Assembly: GCA_016699955.1 (NCBI GenBank)
Contig: CP064993.1
Span: 300,001-332,000, forward strand
Source: Candidatus Saccharimonadota bacterium
GTDB lineage: Bacteria; Patescibacteriota; Saccharimonadia; Saccharimonadales; UBA4665
DNA: 32,000 nucleotides
Reading direction: 5' to 3'
Part shown: in pieces, positions 7,112-14,332 of the stretch
Layout: every line of letters begins with the position of its first letter
How positions within the stretch are numbered: position 1 is the first letter of the stretch
Program-made: the position numbers and the translations under genes
Notes under the pieces: model-generated
The model's database searches: none
Seen by the model: the letters and a program-made list of their open reading frames with translations, nothing else
What the model was told of the DNA's origin: nothing

Positions 7112-8155
7112 CTATATCTTATATAGGCTCAACATAGCCAGGATTTCGTCGGTCGAATCGGCCTTCATTAGCCTCTCGCGAAGCTCCTTGGCGCCGTCGA
7201 AACCCTGGATGTAAATTTTGCAGAATTTGTTGAGGGTGTGAATAGGCTGCTCGCCGCGCCGCCACGTCACCGCAAAAAGCACAACGTGTCTGCGAAACAG
7301 ATCAATCCTCTCTTCGACAAGATAGTCCCCCCACTGTTTTTGTTCGCTTTTTGTGCGTGTCAGGGTCCGGCCTTGACGCAAGAAGATCAGGGGGTTGTGG
7401 AATATGCCACGACCGATCATGATGCCATCGAGCTTATACTTTTTCGCCAACTGCTCGCCCTGCTCACGACTCATGACGTCGCCGTTACCGACAATTAGCG
7501 TACTGACGCCTAGTTCATCGCGCATTTCACGCACCTTACTTATTAAACTCCAGTCAGCTGGCACCTTGCTCATTTGCTTACGAGTCCGACCGTGTATGGT
7601 AAGCATGTCCAGGTTTTGACGTAGCAGAAAATCAAACCACGTCATATCGACCGCACTGAAGCCCGTGCGCGTTTTTACACTGAGCGGCAATTGCGTCAGG
7701 GTCCGTCCTTGACGCAGACCAGTGCGAGCAGCGGCAATGATTTGTTCTGCTAACTCACGGTTTTCGGGGCGTATCAGAGCGGCGCACGCACCGTTATTTA
7801 CTTCACTTTTGGCTGGACAGCCCATGTTTAAATCAACCCCAAAGAAATTTACACTCGGAGGCAGGCCGACTTCACGGGCCAAAGAGCCATTGGCTATTTG
7901 CTCGCACACGGCGCGGAAGTTTTCTGGTTTTAGCCCCCACAGCTGCGCCACCACTTTCCCTTCTTTTTTAGCGAAACGGAGCTTTTTAAGTAAATGAGGA
8001 CGTCCTGGGCTCATCAGACCATCGACATTCACAAACTCTGTGAAAAACAGGTCGGGAGGCGCACAATCAGCCACCACCTGCCGGAACACAGTGTCAGTCA
8101 CATCATCCATCGGCGCCAAAATAAAGAATGGCTTATCTACCTGGTCATACGTCAT
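7112..8155 (-). CDS. dus: tRNA-dihydrouridine synthase (Dus family)
   Basis: APMDDVTDTVFRQV, DLNMGCPA and TIHGRTR are Dus/FMN TIM-barrel hallmarks. A TACAAT box at 8165-8170 lies 9 nt upstream of the ATG. The gene contains two copies of an in-frame 21-nt repeat (see findings). Confidence 0.85.
   Translation of the reverse strand: MTYDQVDKPFFILAPMDDVTDTVFRQVVADCAPPDLFFTEFVNVDGLMSPGRPHLLKKLRFAKKEGKVVAQLWGLKPENFRAVCEQIANGSLAREVGLPPSVNFFGVDLNMGCPAKSEVNNGACAALIRPENRELAEQIIAAARTGLRQGRTLTQLPLSVKTRTGFSAVDMTWFDFLLRQNLDMLTIHGRTRKQMSKVPADWSLISKVREMRDELGVSTLIVGNGDVMSREQGEQLAKKYKLDGIMIGRGIFHNPLIFLRQGRTLTRTKSEQKQWGDYLVEERIDLFRRHVVLFAVTWRRGEQPIHTLNKFCKIYIQGFDGAKELRERLMKADSTDEILAMLSLYKI
7360..7380. repeat. 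Copy 1 of a 21-nt hairpin-forming repeat inside dus
   Basis: TCAGGGTCCGGCCTTGACGCA matches 7696-7716 at 20 of 21 positions. On the coding strand it encodes RQGRTLT. Confidence 0.85.
7696..7716. repeat. Copy 2 of a 21-nt hairpin-forming repeat inside dus
   Basis: The sequence is TCAGGGTCCGTCCTTGACGCA. Together with the preceding TGCG it forms a 10-bp stem (TGCGTCAGGG/CCTTGACGCA) around a 5-nt loop. It encodes RQGRTLT. Confidence 0.85.
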
Positions 8156-8307
8156 TATCTAACTATTGTAACCCAGCTCGGTGTAAGCACCACTGTTAGC
8201 GCCTTCCTGCATTAGGTGAGAGGGAGCGAAACCTTCAGAGGCGTGGAGCTTAAACAATTGGATTAACTCTAGCTATTTCAATAGTTTATGCAGCCTTTTT
8301 ACCCCTG

Positions 8308-9417
8308 TTATTCCCAACGGAAGAAGCGAAAGGCGAGGATATAGACCACGATTGTCCAGCCAAGAATAATGCCAAACTGTGGTAGCAGATCAAAAACACC
8401 GCGGTTTTCGGTTATGATAAGCCGAGCGCCATCAATCACTGGTGTCAGTGGCAGGTAGTTCGTGACCCCTTGTAGCCATTCAGGCATGAGGAAACGAGGG
8501 AAGAAACTGCCAGAAAGGAACATCATGGGAAAGGTGATAATCTGTGCCAGCGGCGCTGCTTGGCGCTCGTTTTTGGCCCAACCACCCACCGCAAGACCTA
8601 TCCCAAAGAGCATGATCGCACCGAAAGTAACTAGCAAACCAAGCACGAGGTAGTTGCCGCGCATGTTCAGATTAAACACCGTCAGGCCAACCACGAACAT
8701 GGTGACGATTGACATGAGCCCTACAAACGTGTTGGATATGACGTTACCGAGAAAATACTGCCATACCTTAAGCGTTGTCGTATGGTAGCGACGTAAGACT
8801 CCCCTTTCTTTCAGTTTCGGGAACACACTGGTTGGGCCAAATATGCCAGCGCCAAGGAGCGAGAACCCTAGCAGCCCAGCAAACACATAGTCGAACTGGG
8901 TTAGACCCTGTTTGGCGGTGGACTTTGCCGTAACAGTAAAGGGCTTTTCGGTAGGGACAAATTGTTTGTTTATGCCTTCAAATATACTGTTTAGAACTGA
9001 GGCAAGCGTTTGACCACCCTGCTCATTGCTTTTGTTGTACAGCACCTGTGCCTCTCCCGTCGGATAACCCTTAGCACCCACTTGACCGAATTCTGGCGGT
9101 AAAATAATAGTAGCGTCTAGCTCGCCGCGGCTCATTTTTTCTTGCGCTTCATCCAGATTTTTCACCTGGGAATCTATTTTTAACACCTTATCCTTTTGCC
9201 CCATTTGCTCAAACTGCCTGGCAAACTCCGTGTTCGACCGGTTCAAAAAAGCAACGTTGAAGCTAACACTTGTGTTGTTTCGACCAAATATACCACCAAA
9301 AACAAAGAGGAATAGTAGAGGGAAAACAAACGTGAAAAATATCGCCAGTTTATCGCGGAAAAGGCGACGAATGTCGATTTTGGCAAAGGTTAGTACTGGC
9401 AAAAAAGCTTTTTTCAT
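8308..9417 (-). CDS. ABC-2 type transporter permease
   Basis: The 369-aa protein has an N-terminal TM helix, a large extracytoplasmic loop and a C-terminal bundle of about 5 TM helices. It lies 3 nt downstream of the ATPase gene. Confidence 0.8.
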   Translation of the reverse strand: MKKAFLPVLTFAKIDIRRLFRDKLAIFFTFVFPLLFLFVFGGIFGRNNTSVSFNVAFLNRSNTEFARQFEQMGQKDKVLKIDSQVKNLDEAQEKMSRGELDATIILPPEFGQVGAKGYPTGEAQVLYNKSNEQGGQTLASVLNSIFEGINKQFVPTEKPFTVTAKSTAKQGLTQFDYVFAGLLGFSLLGAGIFGPTSVFPKLKERGVLRRYHTTTLKVWQYFLGNVISNTFVGLMSIVTMFVVGLTVFNLNMRGNYLVLGLLVTFGAIMLFGIGLAVGGWAKNERQAAPLAQIITFPMMFLSGSFFPRFLMPEWLQGVTNYLPLTPVIDGARLIITENRGVFDLLPQFGIILGWTIVVYILAFRFFRWE

Positions 9418-9420
9418 ACT

Positions 9421-10185
9421 TTAGTCCCTAAGTGCCTTTCCTGTGAGGTCAATAAACACGTCTTCCAAGTTGGCTTGTTCGACGTGCTGTTTTTTCTTGA
9501 AGCCCCTTTTCAGTAGCGCCCGAACCAGATTTTTTGGCGTATCGAGAGCAATAATCTTCCCCTCGTCCATCACTGCAACACGGTCGCAGAGCAGCTCAGC
9601 CTCATCCATGTAGTGTGTAGTCATAATCACTGTCACGCCGCGGTCACGCACTTCCTGTATAAGCTCCCAGAGATTCCGGCGCGCCTGAGGATCAAGTCCT
9701 GTTGTCGGCTCGTCCAAGAAAAAAACTTTCGGCCCATGCACTAGTGCCGCAGCAATAGAGAAACGCTGGCGCTGACCGCCAGAAAGCTGCTCAACGTAGT
9801 TTTTGGCCTTGTCTTCAAGCTGTAGATCCCGCAAAAACTTCATGGTATCTACTTTTTCGCAGTAAGCAGCCGAGAAAAATTCTAGCAGCTCAGTAAGTTT
9901 CGTTTTTTCTTCAAAAGATGGTGACTGCGGCTGCACACCTATAAGCGCTTTTACCTTACTCTGCTCAGAGGACACATCCAAACCATTCAGAGTGGCCGAG
10001 CCGCCGTCTATCGGTCGGAGCGTCTCAAGCATCTCCAGCAGAGTCGTCTTGCCTGCTCCGTTTGGCCCCAAAATACCAAATATCTCACCCTCGCGAACCT
10101 CAAAACTAATACCATCTACGACAGCCTTGCCGTCGTACTTTTTCGTTAAGCCTGTTACCGTCACTATGGATGCATTTTGTTTCAT
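9421..10185 (-). CDS. ABC transporter ATP-binding protein
   Basis: Walker A GPNGAGKTT, signature LSGGQRQR and Walker B FFLDEPTTGLD are present. The ATG is preceded by TGGTACCCT plus 6 nt. Confidence 0.9.
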   Translation of the reverse strand: MKQNASIVTVTGLTKKYDGKAVVDGISFEVREGEIFGILGPNGAGKTTLLEMLETLRPIDGGSATLNGLDVSSEQSKVKALIGVQPQSPSFEEKTKLTELLEFFSAAYCEKVDTMKFLRDLQLEDKAKNYVEQLSGGQRQRFSIAAALVHGPKVFFLDEPTTGLDPQARRNLWELIQEVRDRGVTVIMTTHYMDEAELLCDRVAVMDEGKIIALDTPKNLVRALLKRGFKKKQHVEQANLEDVFIDLTGKALRD

Positions 10186-10233
10186 TATAATAGGGTACCA
10201 CGACGCTTAAAATTCTCTGTAACTACCTAGGCA

Positions 10234-10262
10234 AAAACGTCCGGTAAATCACCGGACGTTTT
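10234..10262 (-). terminator. Intrinsic terminator (bidirectional shape) after the 64-aa gene
   Basis: A perfect stem AAAACGTCCGGT/ACCGGACGTTTT surrounds the loop AAATC. It is flanked by an A-run and a T-run. Confidence 0.8.
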
Positions 10263-10280
10263 AGTTTTTAACGACGTAAC

Positions 10281-10475
10281 TTAGCTGCGCTTGACGGTCA
10301 GGAAACCATTGCGTGGGTTTTCGTTCACGCTAAAGCCTTCTGGTAGGTCAGATGCCTCTGGGCGGTTGTCTTTGCTAAAGTAGTAAATGGTTTGTTCTTT
10401 ACCGCCGCGAAGTGTGACTTTCTTTGAGTTTAGGTGGTAAGTAACACCTTTTGAGTTCTTGTGCGTGTATGCCAT
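10281..10475 (-). CDS. Small conserved-looking hypothetical protein (64 aa)
   Basis: A good SD (GGGGAG) lies upstream of the ATG, a TTGACA-N18-TATGTT promoter lies further upstream, and a strong terminator lies downstream. I recognise no family. Confidence 0.6.
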   Translation of the reverse strand: MAYTHKNSKGVTYHLNSKKVTLRGGKEQTIYYFSKDNRPEASDLPEGFSVNENPRNGFLTVKRS

Positions 10476-10653
10476 ATGCGTACATCTCCCCTCTATAACA
10501 TTAAGTTAGTATCCCTAACATACATCGGTGGCAATCTGTTTGTCAACACCTTTGGCACCAATCACAACAGCTTGAGGGATTTGGTGTTGCCTGAAGATGG
10601 CTAGTGTATTACACTTATGGTTGTAACTATTTAACGTCTTAAAAGGTGGAAAA

Positions 10654-11313
10654 ATGGATTTTCGACAATTTGGTTCAAACCCTTCGAACAAACAAGAGGC
10701 TTCCGTTGCGCCAGTCAGCGCGACCGTGACACCTCCACAGCCTCACCAGGCTGGTAAAAAAGTGGCTAGTAGTGACACTCCAAAGTGGCTCAATGTTCTT
10801 TATGTTGCTACGCTTTTCGGTGTCGCAATACTATTACTGCTCATTACCATTTTGATTGCCCGTGGAAACTCTGGCGGTAACGAATTCACCTACGTGAAAG
10901 AGAAGCAGTACCAAGCAGTTTTTCTAAACAATGGCCAGGTCTACTTTGGTGACATCCAAAACCTTAACAGCAAATACCTAGACATAACCAACGTCTACTA
11001 TTTAACACAAAATGCAGCCACCGGCTCAAGCGGCCAACAGCAAGCAACCGGAGACTACACACTGGTAAAACTCGGTTGTCAGCAAATTCATTCCCCACTT
11101 GACCGTATGCTAATCAACCGCGACCAAGTAACATTCTGGGAAAACCTAAATAGCGATGGTAAAGTTGCTAAGAGCATCGAAGAATTCGTAAAGCAAAATC
11201 CAAAGGGTCCTGACTGTAGCGAGCAAACAAGTCAAACACCGGCAGAAAATGCTCCCAGCCAAGCTAGCAACAACGGTTCGACACCCCAAAACAACGCTAC
11301 AAACAATCGCTAG
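10654..11313 (+). CDS. Hypothetical membrane-anchored protein (219 aa)
   Basis: The SD AAGGTGG lies 5 nt upstream of the ATG. The protein has one TM helix (WLNVLYVATLFGVAILLLLITILIA), an extracytoplasmic domain and a Q/S/N/T-rich tail. Confidence 0.65.
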   Translation: MDFRQFGSNPSNKQEASVAPVSATVTPPQPHQAGKKVASSDTPKWLNVLYVATLFGVAILLLLITILIARGNSGGNEFTYVKEKQYQAVFLNNGQVYFGDIQNLNSKYLDITNVYYLTQNAATGSSGQQQATGDYTLVKLGCQQIHSPLDRMLINRDQVTFWENLNSDGKVAKSIEEFVKQNPKGPDCSEQTSQTPAENAPSQASNNGSTPQNNATNNR

Positions 11314-11344
11314 ATAGCAAACTGTCCGCCGGCATCTCCGTTAC

Positions 11345-11573
11345 ATGAAGAGTGCTGGCGGCTACTGCCCAGACGAATGACGGATCTGCAACATACGGCC
11401 AGCTATTACGGTGCCACGCCGTAAGGCCATTAGCTCGGCTTGCAGAAACCGCCCGCCACTGTCTCTTCAGGGTCATCCAGGAGTAAGTCAAGCAGCGGTT
11501 TCTCCGGTAGGGATGTAACCGTCGCACTCCACAAAACGATGTTCCTGATGAGTGTGGGAGTGTGGAGTTTTTC
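11345..11573 (+). ncRNA. Candidate structured RNA of unknown class (or a long structured 3' UTR)
   Basis: This GC-rich non-coding stretch contains several well-defined helices. GAAACCGC (11447-) pairs with GCGGTTTC (11495-). A GCC-AGCTA-TTACGG/CCGTAA-TAGCT-GGC irregular hairpin spans about 11396-11445. GAGTGC (11350-) pairs with GCACTC (11524-). It ends with ACTCCACA/TGTGGAGT followed by TTTTT. I could not match it to any RNA family. Confidence 0.3.
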
Positions 11574-11583
11574 GTAACTCGAG

Positions 11584-11589
11584 TATAAT
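11584..11589 (+). promoter_or_regulatory. -10 box TATAAT, 10 nt upstream of ATG 11600
   Basis: A consensus hexamer lies immediately before the start codon, and there is no SD between them. Confidence 0.45.
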
Positions 11590-11599
11590 CATAAACAAG

Positions 11600-12202
11600 A
11601 TGGATAAATCAAAATTACACCATGTCTGGCGTTACCTGAAGCACGTTCACCCGTGGTACTTTTTGGTGATTGCGATGCTTTTTGGCTTCATAGCCGTTAA
11701 GGCATTGCAACACAATAATATCGAAATGGGCAGGTTACGTGACGCCGTCTTTGTTGCCGATAAGAATAACGGAGATGTTGAGGCAGCTCTTAGGGCATTA
11801 CGAGAACATGTGCACGGACACATGAACACCAGCCTGGAGACAGGTACAAATGGAGCGCACCCGCCGATACAGCTTAAGTACACGTACGAACGGCTACAGG
11901 CAGAGCAGCAAGCACAGCTGGGTCAAAACAATAGCTCGCTATACAATCAAGCACTCCAGGAATGTAGTTCCCAGGGTCAGACTGCAACTGCTCAGGACAC
12001 GATAAATTGCATAGAAAGTTATACCGAAGCTCGCGGAGTCCGACTGGCAGACATTCCAGATGCACTGTACAAGTTTGATTTTGTTTCGGCAAAGTGGTCT
12101 TCTGACCTCGCAGGCTGGAGTTTGGTTGTTGCTGTATTAAGCACTATTGGATTTCTTGTGAGCGTGGTGTATCACTGGCTTATTAAGAAGTACCTCGGCT
12201 AA
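11600..12202 (+). CDS. Hypothetical membrane protein (200 aa, TM helix at each end)
   Basis: I take the first ATG (MDKSKLHH...), because the ORF-track start at 11552 is a GTG inside the terminator-like hairpin. TM helices are WYFLVIAMLFGFIAV and WSLVVAVLSTIGFLVSVVY. Confidence 0.6.
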   Translation: MDKSKLHHVWRYLKHVHPWYFLVIAMLFGFIAVKALQHNNIEMGRLRDAVFVADKNNGDVEAALRALREHVHGHMNTSLETGTNGAHPPIQLKYTYERLQAEQQAQLGQNNSSLYNQALQECSSQGQTATAQDTINCIESYTEARGVRLADIPDALYKFDFVSAKWSSDLAGWSLVVAVLSTIGFLVSVVYHWLIKKYLG

Positions 12203-12262
12203 GCTGCTGGTCGCGCTGTAGCCTATAGACAGAACATTCAGAGCCACCAACTGGGGGCTCTT

Positions 12263-12290
12263 GATACTTGATACCCAATACCTGATACTT
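12263..12290 (+). repeat. Four tandem heptamers (GATACTT GATACCC AATACCT GATACTT) abutting the murC-like start
   Basis: The units have exact 7-nt periodicity (starts at 12263, 12270, 12277 and 12284). The last unit supplies a -10-like GATACT 7 nt before ATG 12297. Confidence 0.7.
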
Positions 12291-12296
12291 AGTGGC

Positions 12297-13589
12297 ATGC
12301 ACATATTTTTCTCTGGCATAGGCGGAACAGGGATAGGACCCCTTGCGCTGGTGGCAAAACAGGCGGGGTACGATGTTTCTGGGTCGGACAAACAGGGCTC
12401 GCAGTACATTGAGTATTTGCGCGAGCACGGCATAACTGATATTTCTATCGACCAATCGGAAGAAAATATCAGTACAATTCATGCACGCCATGCTATAGAT
12501 TGGTATGTGTACTCATCCGCTGTTGCTATCGAGCAACCCGATGCACCAGAGTTTCGGTTCTGCCGAAAGCAAAGTATACGCATGAGTAAGCGCGACGAGT
12601 TGCTAAATGAGATCTTGTCGCAAAAAAATCTCAAGCTTATCGCTGTTGCCGGCACGCATGGAAAAACAACCACCACTGCAATGTCAGTCTGGGTTTTCAA
12701 GCAACTCAACATTCCTATAAGTTACATCTTGCCCGCAAAAAGCAGTTTTGCCGAAATGGGCGCCTTTGAACAAGGCGCAGAATATTTCATATACGAATGC
12801 GACGAATTTGACCGTAACTTCCTCCAGTTTCACCCTACCCTTAGCCTTATCACGGGTATAGTTTGGGATCACCCAGACATTTATCCTACTTCCGAGAACT
12901 ACTCCCAGGCGTTTAAAAACTTTATCTGCCAGTCGCACTCAAGCGTGATGTGGCAGAGCGATGTCACCCGAATTGGCAACCAACCAAGTGAAAATGATGC
13001 TGTTTTATCAGATACAGACGAAAAAATGAAACTAATTAAACTTTCTGGTGAGGTTAACCGACGCAACGCGTGGCAAGTTGCCAACGCACTTGCTCCATTC
13101 CTGCACAAACCTGTCGATGAATTAGTGACAATCCTTGAACAGTTTCCCGGTGTCTCTCGGCGCTTCGAACAGCTATTGCCCGGGCTATACAGCGACTATG
13201 CTCACACCCCCGAGAAAATTCGTGGCGCCCTTCAGCTTGGTCACGAAGTGGCAGGGGAAAATCTTGTGGTTGTATACGAGGGTCTTCATAACACTCGCCA
13301 ACATTTTATTAAAAACACGCTCCCAACTCTTTTTGAGGGCGTCAAACAGCTGTATGTTGTTCCTAGCTATCTGGCGCGCGAAGATGAGTCGCTTGAGCTT
13401 CTTACTCCGGAAAAACTATGTAAACTACTAAGCGCAGAAGTACAAGCCCACGCTGAGCCTGCAGCACTCGGTGACCGCCTAAATCAGCGGCTACAAGCGC
13501 ATCTGGACAGCGATGACACGGTGCTCTGCCTCAGTGCTGGTGGCGGCGGCAGCTTGGATGAATTGCTGCGGCAGGAGTTTTTCCGTTGA
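12297..13589 (+). CDS. murC: Mur ligase family protein, most similar to UDP-N-acetylmuramate--L-alanine ligase (MurC)
   Basis: The N-terminal GIGGTGIGPLALVAKQAGYDVSGSD matches the MurC Rossmann motif. The P-loop is AGTHGKTTTT. Further matches are CDEFDRNF (MurC ADESD), GVSRRFE (MurC GxGRRF) and SDYAHTPEKI (MurC DDYGHHP). I use the first ATG; the ORF-track TTG start at 12261 is the alternative. Confidence 0.8.
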   Translation: MHIFFSGIGGTGIGPLALVAKQAGYDVSGSDKQGSQYIEYLREHGITDISIDQSEENISTIHARHAIDWYVYSSAVAIEQPDAPEFRFCRKQSIRMSKRDELLNEILSQKNLKLIAVAGTHGKTTTTAMSVWVFKQLNIPISYILPAKSSFAEMGAFEQGAEYFIYECDEFDRNFLQFHPTLSLITGIVWDHPDIYPTSENYSQAFKNFICQSHSSVMWQSDVTRIGNQPSENDAVLSDTDEKMKLIKLSGEVNRRNAWQVANALAPFLHKPVDELVTILEQFPGVSRRFEQLLPGLYSDYAHTPEKIRGALQLGHEVAGENLVVVYEGLHNTRQHFIKNTLPTLFEGVKQLYVVPSYLAREDESLELLTPEKLCKLLSAEVQAHAEPAALGDRLNQRLQAHLDSDDTVLCLSAGGGGSLDELLRQEFFR

Positions 13590-14332
13590 AACTAATGCAG
13601 CTAAACGTTTGGATGGGACGCCTCACTAGGCAAATTCTGCCACTCATTGAACAAGAGAAGCCAGATATCATAACAACTCAAGAAATGTTTAACGCCAATG
13701 GTATTGTTGGACTGCCAGATAACACGTTTCATCTGCTCGAGCTTATGAAAAAAGTTGGTGACTATAAGTACGTCTACTTCTCGCCGATTTATGAGGCACC
13801 CTACGTTGATGTCACCGTCGGCTGCGGCAACGCAATACTAAGCCGTTTCCCTCTGGTACAAAAAACGACATTTTTTACGAATGGGGCATTTCAGCCCTGC
13901 GACAAAACTGCCGTATTTGAGTCAAACATACGCAATGCTCAGGTTGTTTGCCTAGAACTGCCCGACGCAAAGCGCCTGCACGTTGTAAACCACCACGGCT
14001 ACTGGGAGCCTAACCCCTTAGGCTCTGAAAAAACGGTTGCCTGTATGCAGCGTGTAGCCGACGCAATCCGGGAGCTTTCTGGCGCCGTTATATTTGCCGG
14101 CGATCTCAATATCAACCCCGGCACTGCTGCAATGAAATTATTTGATGGCATGCTTGAGGATTTGACTAGTACATACGGCATTTCTGACACCTTGAGTGTC
14201 CTTGGCAAGGTTCCAGATGTTGCTCCTGACCACATACTGGTAAACAGCGGCATTCATGTCCACGGTTTTCGGGTACTCGACAACCTTGTGTCGGATCACA
14301 AAGCACTCACACTGGATTTTGATGTACGCTAG
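13586..14332 (+). CDS. Endonuclease/exonuclease/phosphatase (EEP) family protein
   Basis: LNVW...PDIITTQE at the N-terminus, GDLN in the middle and SDHKALTLDF at the C-terminus are EEP catalytic motifs. The TTG start overlaps the murC-like stop; ATG 13595 is the alternative. Confidence 0.8.
   Translation: MKLMQLNVWMGRLTRQILPLIEQEKPDIITTQEMFNANGIVGLPDNTFHLLELMKKVGDYKYVYFSPIYEAPYVDVTVGCGNAILSRFPLVQKTTFFTNGAFQPCDKTAVFESNIRNAQVVCLELPDAKRLHVVNHHGYWEPNPLGSEKTVACMQRVADAIRELSGAVIFAGDLNINPGTAAMKLFDGMLEDLTSTYGISDTLSVLGKVPDVAPDHILVNSGIHVHGFRVLDNLVSDHKALTLDFDVR

Noticed and set aside
11297-11527. 76-aa minus-strand ORF
   Set aside because: It is Arg/Trp/Ser-rich, has no SD and lies entirely within the GC-rich structured non-coding region.
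11545-11552. Hammerhead ribozyme core CUGAUGAG
   Set aside because: There is no stem II hairpin followed by GAAA, and no stem I/III partners. It is an isolated 8-mer.
12137-12491. Minus-strand ORFs of 98 and 102 aa across the murC-like 5' region
   Set aside because: They are antisense to a well-supported Mur ligase N-terminus and to the heptamer-repeat promoter region, and they have no motifs.
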